From the IMG/VR virus record IMGVR_UViG_3300026484_000313, positions 1-54,924 of that record: a stretch of 54,924 nucleotides of DNA. One strand, 5' to 3'. Positions 1 to 9,154 of this stretch are shown here, piece after piece. The number at the start of each line of letters is the position of its first letter. Within the stretch, counting starts at the first letter, position 1. The position numbers and the translations under genes are program-made. The stretch is from a virus (taxonomy: Duplodnaviria > Caudoviricetes). The notes beneath the pieces were generated by a model. It was not told the origin of the DNA. It made no database searches and saw only the letters and a program-made list of their open reading frames with translations.

Positions 1-1
1 T

Positions 2-1108
2 TTTTTTGTTTTCAACTACAAAATCTCCGTTTGTATAAACTTCAATATATGCAAATCCATTGTTCCAATTATTTACAGGACGATATTCAGGAAATAGAGA
101 ACAAAGACAACCAACACTCCAAGCACCTAAAATTTCATTGTTTAATGTTCTGAATACATATTCTTGTGTTGTATGAAAATGTCCAAACACAATATTTGTA
201 AATGTTTTTAAAAAGAGTGTTCTAGCTACATTAACTACACTCCAAGATGTTTTGATTTCATTACCATGTAAAAATGCTAATCTTCCAATTTTAAAAGGTT
301 GATTATATTTATGAAGTAGTTCTTTGTTGTCAATCCAAATGATATCAAACTTATGAAATTTAAAAAGGTAAGGTATTTGCAAGACATCTAAATCCAAAAG
401 TTGCTTAGCATTTTGCATTAAAAATCGCTCTATTCTCTCTGAATGATTGCCTTTTATATAGTAAATTTTAGTTTTAGGAAATTGTTGTCTTAACCAGGAG
501 AGAAACTCTTTTATCATTTCTATTTCTTCTTTGAGTGTGTATTTTTCAACAGAGAGCCAATAGCTAATACTATCAAAATCTGCAATATCTCCACCTAAAA
601 TCAAAGTATCAATATTTTTATCTTTCAAGTAATCAACTGCAGAAATAATTGCTTGTTCATTATGTTGTCCTATGTGAATATCACACATAAATCCAATCTT
701 ATGTTCTATTTTAGCTTTGTTCTTTTTGTTATTAAAATAGCTTTCAATAAAAGCTCTAAATTTTCTAGCAAAATAACTATCATATTCTTGCTTGGTTTGT
801 TGAAGTTCATTTATAAGCTCTGCATCTACAAGTTCTTTTTTCGTATTTTCATCTTTAACAGTAGGTAGATTTAATTTTTTATCTGTATTTGACTTTTGAG
901 GCATTTGTGTTTGATTGTTTTTTGCATCATTTAACTTTTGATTGATTTCATCATAAATACCTAATCTTTTTAGGTAATACCTTAATAGTTGTGGATATGT
1001 GTTTAAGTATTCTGCGAAAGATTTAAAGGTGGGATTGGTTGTTTCAGAAAGGAAATTTTTAAGGGCTTGTTTAAGTTGATTTGGTGTTAGGTTAAATTTT
1101 CTCTCCAT
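2..1108 (-). CDS. Calcineurin-like metallophosphoesterase with N-terminal extension (3' end outside window; absent from ORF track)
   Basis: Translated manually from ATG at 1108 (RBS AGGAGG): MERKFNLTP...CDIHIG...LGGDIAD...KGNHSER...LHGNE...FGHFH. Contains the DxH, GD, GNH and GHxH motifs; frame stays open to the edge. Confidence 0.88.
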   Translation of the reverse strand, partial: MERKFNLTPNQLKQALKNFLSETTNPTFKSFAEYLNTYPQLLRYYLKRLGIYDEINQKLNDAKNNQTQMPQKSNTDKKLNLPTVKDENTKKELVDAELINELQQTKQEYDSYFARKFRAFIESYFNNKKNKAKIEHKIGFMCDIHIGQHNEQAIISAVDYLKDKNIDTLILGGDIADFDSISYWLSVEKYTLKEEIEMIKEFLSWLRQQFPKTKIYYIKGNHSERIERFLMQNAKQLLDLDVLQIPYLFKFHKFDIIWIDNKELLHKYNQPFKIGRLAFLHGNEIKTSWSVVNVARTLFLKTFTNIVFGHFHTTQEYVFRTLNNEILGAWSVGCLCSLFPEYRPVNNWNNGFAYIEVYTNGDFVVENKK

Positions 1109-1134
1109 CTATTCCCTCCTACACTTTATTTTAA

Positions 1135-1158
1135 TTGGCGGGCTTTAACACCCGCCAA
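1135..1158 (-). terminator. GC-rich intergenic stem-loop (weak terminator or mRNA-stabilising hairpin)
   Basis: TTGGCGGG-ctttaaca-CCCGCCAA perfect 8-bp stem; no clear U-tract. Confidence 0.5.
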
Positions 1159-1164
1159 AATATG

Positions 1165-1458
1165 CTAATTCAGACTCAAATTATCTGTTAGCATCGCTAA
1201 GTTCTTGCATTTATTTGATGATTTGTTTTTGCAGTGATGAGATTTGAGGAATTCTATTCTAACTCCACAACGCTTGCAAGGTTCTACTAAAAATATAATA
1301 ACTTCATTTGTTTCTTCATTTTGCACCTTTATAAGTGCATATCTATTTTCTTCTTGTATAGTTTTTAACACATTGACAAAATTTTTAAACCAATTAAAAA
1401 TTTTGTCATTTACTTTTTGTTTTCCAAAAAGTACTGCAACATCATTCATTTTAAACAC
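1165..1458 (-). CDS. Hypothetical protein with putative C-terminal zinc finger
   Basis: PCKRCG...SHHCK; RBS GAGGTG; co-oriented with operon. Confidence 0.6.
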   Translation of the reverse strand: MFKMNDVAVLFGKQKVNDKIFNWFKNFVNVLKTIQEENRYALIKVQNEETNEVIIFLVEPCKRCGVRIEFLKSHHCKNKSSNKCKNLAMLTDNLSLN

Positions 1459-1466
1459 CTCCTTTA

Positions 1467-2066
1467 TTATTTTATTCCAGTTGAACCAAAACCATTTATG
1501 CCTCTTTCAGAAGGGAACACTTTATCTAATCCTTTGTATAATTCTTCATTTATTACAAAATAAACAGTTTTGATATCATTTTTAGCAAATATTGTTTTAT
1601 GAATAATAGCTTGAGCTAATCTAGATTGTGCCGGAATTATCATTTTGCGTTTATCATCTGGTAAATATCTATAAATAATTCCTTTATAATTAGCTTGCTT
1701 AATAATACAACCATATTCAAAATGTAAGAGTAATGAAATATCTCCACGATAAGAAGCTTCTACTGTTCCAGGAGTATTTGCAAGCCTAATAGGTGTATTT
1801 AAAGAAACACCAGAACGAGGAACAATTGATAAATAATATCCTTGAGGAGCTACCCATTTTGCACCTGTTTGTGCCAGTATAGTTTCTCCTTCTTTAAGTT
1901 CTACAGGGAGCAGTGTTTTTAAATCAAACCCAGTATGTTTATAAAAGTCTAATTCTGGTAATTGACTTTCATTTTTAAATACAAATAAAATATCTGTGTT
2001 TTCATTAAATTCTTTTTTAATATCTCCTACACAAGAAAGATTTTTGATTACCTTAATTTCTACCAT
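1467..2066 (-). CDS. dut: Trimeric dUTPase
   Basis: GFDL, IVPRSG, GTVEASYRGDI, RLAQ and ERGINGFGSTG motifs. Confidence 0.95.
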   Translation of the reverse strand: MVEIKVIKNLSCVGDIKKEFNENTDILFVFKNESQLPELDFYKHTGFDLKTLLPVELKEGETILAQTGAKWVAPQGYYLSIVPRSGVSLNTPIRLANTPGTVEASYRGDISLLLHFEYGCIIKQANYKGIIYRYLPDDKRKMIIPAQSRLAQAIIHKTIFAKNDIKTVYFVINEELYKGLDKVFPSERGINGFGSTGIK

Positions 2067-2307
2067 CTCTATCTACCTCCTTACAGTTATTTATTATAAA
2101 TTGTTTTGTATTTGATTTAAATGCAAACATAAGTGTGATATATAAAATCCAAAAAGCTAAAACAGTCTTTGGTGAGTAGATTATTTTAAAATTAAAAATT
2201 GCATCAATTGCCCAAAATACCATTAAAGGAACAATTAATATTATCACAAATATTAACAAAAGTAAAGTAAGAATGTCAAAAATTGAATTTTCTCCATACT
2301 CAAACAT
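2053..2307 (-). CDS. Small membrane protein (two predicted TM helices)
   Basis: Two hydrophobic stretches; RBS AGGAGG; overlaps dut start. Confidence 0.65.
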   Translation of the reverse strand: MFEYGENSIFDILTLLLLIFVIILIVPLMVFWAIDAIFNFKIIYSPKTVLAFWILYITLMFAFKSNTKQFIINNCKEVDRDGRN

Positions 2308-2309
2308 AA

Positions 2310-3023
2310 TTACCTCCTTAAGTTTAATTTTGCTAAAATACCTACAATCTCATTTAAATCAGGAGAATATTTGTTCCCTTTTCTAACAACTTCCAAATTT
2401 ACATTCAAATCATCAATCAATATTTCTGAAATATGATTGTGTGTTTCTTCTACATCAGAGCTAATTCGTATTTTATATACTTTAAATACATCTTTTGTAA
2501 AATTTGCAACTATTTCTAAATCTTCGTTAGGAAATCTAAAATCATCAATAAATACATAATCTACACTATTTTTCAAATTAAATATTTGACGAACAATTTG
2601 ACGCACAAAAAAGCTTTCATCTATTTTTCTGATAATATCAGTTCCTATTAATTGTGCTAATTTTCTAAATCCTTGCTTATATTGCTTAAAATTAAAATAG
2701 CATTCATACCCTATTAATAAATCCTCTCTCAATTCATTTATTAATTTGTTAATAACATCTAAATCAATATATGTTTCACTTTTAACTAAAAATTCTTGTA
2801 ATGTTTTTTGCAGTTCAGCTAAAAATTCAAAAAAATTTAAATAGTGTTTTAATGGTTTAGTTCCTTTTTGGACTCCTAAATAATTTCTCAAATATGTTTT
2901 TAAAGGAAGTGCAAAAGACAAAAATGCAGATGAAAATCCTAAATCTGATAATTTCTTTGAAAGTTGTCTTGCTAATGTGGATTTTCCTGCATTTGCCTTA
3001 CCTGTTATTTCAACTACTACCAT
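2310..3023 (-). CDS. Deoxynucleoside monophosphate kinase (T4 gp1-like)
   Basis: Likely start MVVVEITGKANAGKST (ATG 3023, RBS AGGAGGTG); SFALPLK, RKLAQLIGTDIIR, IDDFRFPNE. Confidence 0.9.
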   Translation of the reverse strand: MVVVEITGKANAGKSTLARQLSKKLSDLGFSSAFLSFALPLKTYLRNYLGVQKGTKPLKHYLNFFEFLAELQKTLQEFLVKSETYIDLDVINKLINELREDLLIGYECYFNFKQYKQGFRKLAQLIGTDIIRKIDESFFVRQIVRQIFNLKNSVDYVFIDDFRFPNEDLEIVANFTKDVFKVYKIRISSDVEETHNHISEILIDDLNVNLEVVRKGNKYSPDLNEIVGILAKLNLRR

Positions 3024-3045
3024 TTTACACCTCCTACATTTTTGA

Positions 3046-3699
3046 TTATTTAATTGACAAATCTTGTTTAAGTAAAGATATAATAACGGGACAATATGGT
3101 TCAATTAATTCTAAGATAGCTTTTGCATATTCCCTAATTTCCTTTTGAGCATGTCTATCAAATCTTACCTTTAAAAAGTTTATAAGACTTCTTAAATTAA
3201 CTTGCCAGTAAAATTCGGTATAAAGTCCAAGAGGTAATATAAATCTTGCAATTTCCTTTCTAAAACCTTTTTGCAAAAGTGTTTCATAATAATCAAATAT
3301 TTTTTCAAGTAATGTATGTGCATAATGATAGTAAATATTTCCTTCTGTATCTTTCAAAAATCCCTCTAATTCTTCAGGAATATATACATCATCAATACTA
3401 GCTTTTGTGTATCTTCTACTAAGTTCTTGATATGAACCTATTCTATGTCTGAACCACTGACGAGCTATAAAAATAGGACATTTAACTTTAAATGTAAAAT
3501 TAACAAATTCAAATGAAGAAGTGGGATTACCAGCGTGTTCTTTATATAATCTTTTTAATAACTCTGTTTTCTTACTTTCAGGAAGATTTGTTTTGCCATA
3601 ACAAATAGATGCTACTTCTAAAATCACATCTTCCTTATCGGCTCTCAATAGTTTTACATACCCTTTGTCTAACACTTTTTTTTCTGCTAACGTTTTCAT
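3046..3699 (-). CDS. thyX: Flavin-dependent thymidylate synthase
   Basis: ARQWFRHRIGSYQELSRRY ThyX signature; EIARFILP; HAQKEIR. Confidence 0.96.
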   Translation of the reverse strand: MKTLAEKKVLDKGYVKLLRADKEDVILEVASICYGKTNLPESKKTELLKRLYKEHAGNPTSSFEFVNFTFKVKCPIFIARQWFRHRIGSYQELSRRYTKASIDDVYIPEELEGFLKDTEGNIYYHYAHTLLEKIFDYYETLLQKGFRKEIARFILPLGLYTEFYWQVNLRSLINFLKVRFDRHAQKEIREYAKAILELIEPYCPVIISLLKQDLSIK

Positions 3700-3705
3700 T
3701 TTAAC

Positions 3706-5670
3706 TTACCTCCTTTCAAGTTTTATTTTATACTTACCTATCTTTTGTTTGTTATTTATTAACAATATCTCTTCATCTATTTCAACATCTTCTTCCTCTA
3801 TTATATCATAACTTACCTTATATTTCAAGGATAATCTCTCTAAAAGAGCTAATAAATCTTCAATATATCCTTCACAAACTATTTCTGCATCATTTTGATT
3901 AATTACCATACTACTAATTTCCAAAGAATTTCCCCAAGAAACACCTATTTGTTGTTCAATAACAAAAGGTGCTTTTATAAAATCTTCAAAATATCTCATA
4001 TAATACTTTTCACAGAACAATTTCATATAAAAGATGATATCAAAAAGTTCATCTAATTTTGTATCAACAATAATACTATCATGCACAGAAGCTACTATTT
4101 TTGATTGATAACCAAAATCCTTTAAAAATCTCCAAAATTCTTTGATAATTACAAGAATTGTTTCAGAAGCAGTTGATTGTATTGGGAAATTCTGTGCATA
4201 TCTTTTAACTTTATTTTCATCAGAAACAAACAACTCAGGAGCAATTTTTATTATTCTCTTTAAAGGAGTTTTAATATATCTATTTTGTAAAACAGATACA
4301 TGTTGTCTTTGTATCCAATTAGCTACACCTTTGAATTCTTCAAAAAATTTATTTAAAATCTTTTTAGCTTCTTCTATATCTATACCTGTATTTTGTGCAA
4401 ATGTTTTAGAAGACATTCCGTAAAGAACTGCTAATACTAGTTGTTTCATTTTATTTCTCAAATCTTTTGGAACTTCATCATAAGGAATGTTATATACAAC
4501 AGAAGCCATTGTTTTATAAATATCTTTTCCATCTTTATATACTTGTATTAATTTTTCATCTCCAGAAAGAGATGCTATTGTTCTGGGCTCTGCTTGGCTG
4601 TTTTTGACTACAAATCCATTAGCAATAAATAAATGATTTCCTGACACTGATAAATCATAAACTTTTTGTCTTCCTAAATATTTTGTAGATTTTATTTTGT
4701 CAAAAAATAATGCATCTAAAGTTTTAAATGTTCCCTCATCAATTGATTTCATTGCTACATAATAACCATTATCTATAATATCCCCCATAGTAGCTAATAC
4801 ATATTTACCTTCATTATTAATGCACATAAATTTGTGATTTAAAGTGCATTTAATTTTAAATCCCTTTTCTGTTTCTATTTCATAAACATCTCCATATCCT
4901 CTATCCACAATACAATAAACATCAAGCCATTCACCTTTATCATTTAAAACCTTATCCTCTCCAGGAATAACTTTTATTAATTCTTTCCAACCTTTGTCTG
5001 TATAAACTAGAGTATCAGGAGTGAGACAGAAATCAGCTGATACAATAACTCCGTCCTTCCACCTACTTTCAATTAATCTTTTAAAGTTTTTATTAAATTC
5101 ATTACGAGAACCTAATGTATGGAAATATGAACTTAATCTCCCTGTTTTTGTTCCGCATATATTAAATGCAGTTCTAAATATCCAATTGTCATCTAATTCT
5201 TTAGGAATGCTATTTACATAACTTAATAATGCTTTGCTAAAAAATCTAAATTCTTTAAGTAATTCTAAAAATCTCCTTGCTTCTCCATCGTGCTTTTGAA
5301 TATATTCATCTAAATATTTAGTTGAAAATGAAATCAATCCAGACTTTGTTTTGTAAAGCGGTTTTATTCTCAATATTTTTGCTAAATCATTTAATTGTTG
5401 TGTTGATTTAATATTAAAATCTTTACCATATTTCTTTTTAAATTTCTTTACTGCCTCAAGCTCATTTATTTCATTTAAAATTTTTACAATTTTCTGTTCA
5501 ATCAATTTCTTTAGTCTATTAAATTTTTGCTCATTTATCTTAACCCCATTTACTTGCCAATCTGCTATCATTTTGACAATATCTGAATAGTGATTGTAAA
5601 TAAATAAATTCTTATTGTCTAAATTTTGTCTCAACCACTTTTTTGTTTTTCCAAGAGGATTTACAAACAT
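3706..5670 (-). CDS. polA: Family A DNA polymerase, polymerase-domain subunit, intein-containing
   Basis: TKTGRLSS, motif A SADF|SQAEPR (split by intein), motif B RNKMKQLVLAVLYG, NFPIQSTA, motif C VHDS. Confidence 0.95.
   Translation of the reverse strand: MFVNPLGKTKKWLRQNLDNKNLFIYNHYSDIVKMIADWQVNGVKINEQKFNRLKKLIEQKIVKILNEINELEAVKKFKKKYGKDFNIKSTQQLNDLAKILRIKPLYKTKSGLISFSTKYLDEYIQKHDGEARRFLELLKEFRFFSKALLSYVNSIPKELDDNWIFRTAFNICGTKTGRLSSYFHTLGSRNEFNKNFKRLIESRWKDGVIVSADFCLTPDTLVYTDKGWKELIKVIPGEDKVLNDKGEWLDVYCIVDRGYGDVYEIETEKGFKIKCTLNHKFMCINNEGKYVLATMGDIIDNGYYVAMKSIDEGTFKTLDALFFDKIKSTKYLGRQKVYDLSVSGNHLFIANGFVVKNSQAEPRTIASLSGDEKLIQVYKDGKDIYKTMASVVYNIPYDEVPKDLRNKMKQLVLAVLYGMSSKTFAQNTGIDIEEAKKILNKFFEEFKGVANWIQRQHVSVLQNRYIKTPLKRIIKIAPELFVSDENKVKRYAQNFPIQSTASETILVIIKEFWRFLKDFGYQSKIVASVHDSIIVDTKLDELFDIIFYMKLFCEKYYMRYFEDFIKAPFVIEQQIGVSWGNSLEISSMVINQNDAEIVCEGYIEDLLALLERLSLKYKVSYDIIEEEDVEIDEEILLINNKQKIGKYKIKLERR
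4600..5028 (-). mobile_element. Mini-intein (143 aa, no homing endonuclease) in PolA motif A
   Basis: Begins CLTPDTLV; block B IKCTLNHKF; block F VYDLSV; ends FIANGFVVKN with +1 Ser. Removal restores DFSQAEPR. Confidence 0.93.
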
Positions 5671-6869
5671 TTTGCTCCTCCCTCATACATTTTAATAAAT
5701 TCATTTTTTAAGTGTTTGTATAATTTGTATGTGTATATTGTATCATAACAAGCATATTCATACAAGATGTTTTCAGGGATATCCTTAAAAGATTTAAATT
5801 TTTTAAGTGGTTCATCCCAATCTTGCACTCTAAACAAAATCTTACAAAGTTCTTTTAACCCAAGCTTTTCAGTAATTGATTTATTATATACAAAATGTGC
5901 TAATACCTTTGTATCTATAACTTCAAAATTATAATGTGTTATAAACTTATCCCTAAATAAGAATGTAAAATCAAAAGGAAGGTTATGTCCTATTATCTTT
6001 TTATTTTTTACAAGATTATCAAATAACTCTTTAATCTCTGTCAGTTCTAGCTCAGACAAATTTCTTATAGAGAGATAATAAGCTTTATTTAAATGAGGAA
6101 AATACAGAGAAATACCTAAAAGCACATCTGTAAAATTAGTAGAACCAGTTTCAATATCTAAAACCATATACTCAAAATTTTGCTTCAACATATCTTGCAA
6201 GAATTTTACAATATCCTCTTTTGTGTTTAAAAGTATTTTGGGAATTTCTTCTTCTTGCACTTGAAGTTCATTTTCAATTTTCAAGATAGTTTCTAATCCC
6301 TTTCTCAAATAATCAGCATATTCTCTAATAATAAGTGTTTTTCGTGGATCAACTAAAGGAATTGCCAGAAACTTCTTTTTTTGCTTATTCTTTTCTAAAA
6401 CTAAAGATTTATACTTAAAAATATGATTTTTAGGTTCAGAGAGGTTAAGAATTGCTTTACAAACATATTTTCCAAAACATAATAAAATTGTATTTTCTTG
6501 AGCTAAATCAAATAGTTTGTTAAACAAATGCCACTTACAAAAAGAGATGCGTTTCTCAAGAGTTTCTTCTTTTAACTCAAACTTATAATGCTTTGATTGT
6601 TTGCAAGAAATAAGATAAATAAGCCCAATTTGGGATTTTGGTATATTTTTAATCTGCAAAAGATAAGAATACACAAGATTAAATCTTGGTTCTTGTTCTA
6701 ATGCTCTTAATACTTCAATCTCATCTTTATAAAGCCAGTCAAATATAAAAATATATTTTGCTTTTGATAAATTAATAGGAGCTACATATCTTTTCTCTAA
6801 AGGTAAAGATGATGATTTTGTAATAGGACATTTAGAACATACTTCCTCAATAGAATATTGAATTCTCAT
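5661..6869 (-). CDS. DNA polymerase N-terminal subunit: family-4 UDG-like (Fe-S) domain + 3'-5' exonuclease
   Basis: CSKC..C..C spacing, LLCFGK; Exo I LDIET, Exo II GHNLPFDF, Exo III YACYD; 10-nt overlap with the polymerase gene. Confidence 0.85.
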   Translation of the reverse strand: MRIQYSIEEVCSKCPITKSSSLPLEKRYVAPINLSKAKYIFIFDWLYKDEIEVLRALEQEPRFNLVYSYLLQIKNIPKSQIGLIYLISCKQSKHYKFELKEETLEKRISFCKWHLFNKLFDLAQENTILLCFGKYVCKAILNLSEPKNHIFKYKSLVLEKNKQKKKFLAIPLVDPRKTLIIREYADYLRKGLETILKIENELQVQEEEIPKILLNTKEDIVKFLQDMLKQNFEYMVLDIETGSTNFTDVLLGISLYFPHLNKAYYLSIRNLSELELTEIKELFDNLVKNKKIIGHNLPFDFTFLFRDKFITHYNFEVIDTKVLAHFVYNKSITEKLGLKELCKILFRVQDWDEPLKKFKSFKDIPENILYEYACYDTIYTYKLYKHLKNEFIKMYEGGAKCL

Positions 6870-6893
6870 AACTTTCCTCCCTACTTTTTATTT

Positions 6894-8168
6894 TTACTCA
6901 TAATCATCAACTACTAACTCTTCAAATTTACATCTACTTAAATCAACTTTTAAAGGTATTTCAACTCCAGATATTCCTCTTCTTGCCATATCAAGATATA
7001 AAACATAATTATCTGCTGAATATCTATTTATAGATGTTAAACTCCAACATTTATGTATTTTCATTGCAGAATGAGAAACATCAATTGCTTTCATAATTTT
7101 ACCTTGTTCTAATTTATTCCAAGCTTCTCTTCTTGGTTGTGCAAATGTAAGAACTGGAGCATTAAATTTGTCAGCCAATTTAATCATATCAGAGTAAATA
7201 ACTCCTGCATTTTCATACATACTTCCTGTATCTTTAGTTGGATTAAGTAAATCATCATAATCAATAATTATGAGCCCAATATCAAGATTTTCTTTAAATA
7301 AAAGTCTTCTGATATACATAGAAATATCTAAAGTTGTTATAGTATTATTCGGATAATGTTTAATATAAAATGGAACTAAGTTTTTAATTCTATCTCTAAT
7401 ATCTTTAGGAGCTTCTTTGATAAGATATGATTGTGGAATGCCTGTAATTGCAGAAACATATTTAATAAATACATCTTCTTCTTTAAGCTCCAGAGTGATA
7501 TGAATAACTGATTTATTTAACTGTGTAAGCACATAAGCTCCAAAAAATGCTCCTAATGTTGATTTACCTGTTTTTGGCATTCCCATAAGCATATGAACTT
7601 CGCCTGAACCAAAACCGCCATATAAACACTCGTTTAATTTTTTGAAAGGAGTTGGTATTATATTTCCTTTGCTTTCATCATACTTTTCTTGCAACTTTTT
7701 AAATGCTTCATCTACATTTTTATTTGTTAATCCATCTCCTTCTATTTTTAACAGTTCTATCTCCTCTAATTCTTTATATATCTTTCTAAAATCAAACTTT
7801 CCTTTTTCAATATCTTTTGCAGTTTTTGTTATAAATTCTATAAGCTTTAAATTTTTTAATTCAGATAAGATAACTTTTAAAAGCTCCTCATCATCTAAAA
7901 TACGAGGAGTTGAATATATCTCATCTATAATATCTACATACAAATCAAACTCTTCTGAATTTTTGATTAAATCTATTAAAACAGGTTTTTTGATAACCTC
8001 AAAATCATACTTATTGTGTATATAAAAAATCCCTTTGATAAGCTCTTGAATTAATTTGTCAAATAATTCCAAACCACCTTTTTTTAAGTATTTATAAACA
8101 AGCTCCCTATTTTCTTTATTTTCTACTAAAAATTTGAGAAATTCAATCTGCATATCTCTGCTAAGCAT
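6894..8168 (-). CDS. dnaB: Replicative SF4 helicase (DnaB/T4 gp41-like)
   Basis: Walker A GMPKTGKS, ITLEL, Walker B IIIDY, TFAQ. Confidence 0.9.
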   Translation of the reverse strand: MLSRDMQIEFLKFLVENKENRELVYKYLKKGGLELFDKLIQELIKGIFYIHNKYDFEVIKKPVLIDLIKNSEEFDLYVDIIDEIYSTPRILDDEELLKVILSELKNLKLIEFITKTAKDIEKGKFDFRKIYKELEEIELLKIEGDGLTNKNVDEAFKKLQEKYDESKGNIIPTPFKKLNECLYGGFGSGEVHMLMGMPKTGKSTLGAFFGAYVLTQLNKSVIHITLELKEEDVFIKYVSAITGIPQSYLIKEAPKDIRDRIKNLVPFYIKHYPNNTITTLDISMYIRRLLFKENLDIGLIIIDYDDLLNPTKDTGSMYENAGVIYSDMIKLADKFNAPVLTFAQPRREAWNKLEQGKIMKAIDVSHSAMKIHKCWSLTSINRYSADNYVLYLDMARRGISGVEIPLKVDLSRCKFEELVVDDYE

Positions 8169-8194
8169 AACTTCCCTCCTTTTTATGTTTTATA

Positions 8195-9154
8195 TTAATA
8201 CTCTTTTGCTTGTTTCATTATACCAAGAAATTCTTTTTCTGTCAATTCATTAACATCTTTTTTTCCTTGTATATCACATATAAATACCTTATTTACCCCA
8301 TAATCTTTCAACTTCTTTGCTATACTTTGCTTTTCATTCAAACTAACATCACTATCTAATGCTAAATAAATTTTATTAAACCTAGATAAATACAATAGTT
8401 GATATCGTGAAGGTATTTTTGATAATATAGCAAAAGAAGGAAGTCCTGTATATTTATGTGCAGAAATAGTATCAAATATACCTTCTGTTAAAATTGCAAC
8501 ATCTGAATTTAATTTATGAAAATAATCTAATGCAAAAAACCCTCTTCTTTTACCTAAATTCAAATATCTAAATGTGCTTTTACCTGTAATATCTCTTCCC
8601 ACCAACATAACTACCTTATTGGATAAATTCTTAATTAAAAATACAACTCTATTTTGAAATTTATCCTTGCCTTTCTTAATCTGAAATCTTTGAATATCTT
8701 CAATATCCGCATTTCTTTTTTTCAAATAACTTACATAGTTATAATCATTTAAAACATCAATATCCTCATAATACTTATCAAATTCTTCATTAATTTCAGT
8801 GATTGTTTTGTCCAGTCTTTGAAACAAATTCTCAATTCTTTTTACAGTAGCCTTAAATTCAGAATGAATATCAATATCAAATAATTCTTTTATATATTCA
8901 TGCAGTTCTGGATAATCTTGTTTTAATGTTAAAACACGCTCACCTTGATTGTATTTAGAATATGTTAAATAAATAAGATAAGTTCTATCCTCATCATCTT
9001 TTTGTTTCAAAAAAGTGTTATAAAAATCCAAAACTTTTTCCAATGGAATGTTAGATATAGCACAACTACCAGCAAAACGAAATAAAAAATTAAATCTGTT
9101 CCCTTCACAATAATTATCCATAACCTCTTCTATGAGCTTCTCTTTACTTTGCAT
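8195..9154 (-). CDS. TOPRIM (DnaG-like) primase with N-terminal PriCT-like helical domain
   Basis: Likely start MQSKEK (9154); YLKKR, RVVF..GR, LTEGIFD, LALDSD, KDVNE; N-terminal EGNRFNFLFRFAG. Confidence 0.82.
   Translation of the reverse strand: MQSKEKLIEEVMDNYCEGNRFNFLFRFAGSCAISNIPLEKVLDFYNTFLKQKDDEDRTYLIYLTYSKYNQGERVLTLKQDYPELHEYIKELFDIDIHSEFKATVKRIENLFQRLDKTITEINEEFDKYYEDIDVLNDYNYVSYLKKRNADIEDIQRFQIKKGKDKFQNRVVFLIKNLSNKVVMLVGRDITGKSTFRYLNLGKRRGFFALDYFHKLNSDVAILTEGIFDTISAHKYTGLPSFAILSKIPSRYQLLYLSRFNKIYLALDSDVSLNEKQSIAKKLKDYGVNKVFICDIQGKKDVNELTEKEFLGIMKQAKEY

Noticed and set aside
5655-5680. Polymerase pseudogene or sequencing frameshift
   Set aside because: Break is at a domain boundary, the downstream ORF has its own RBS and ATG, and all catalytic motifs are intact; not fully excludable without reads.
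1467-6869. Modified-base (dU/hmU) genome suggested by the UDG-like domain
   Set aside because: dUTPase plus ThyX point to ordinary thymine DNA; no hydroxymethylase or other base-modification enzyme recognised.
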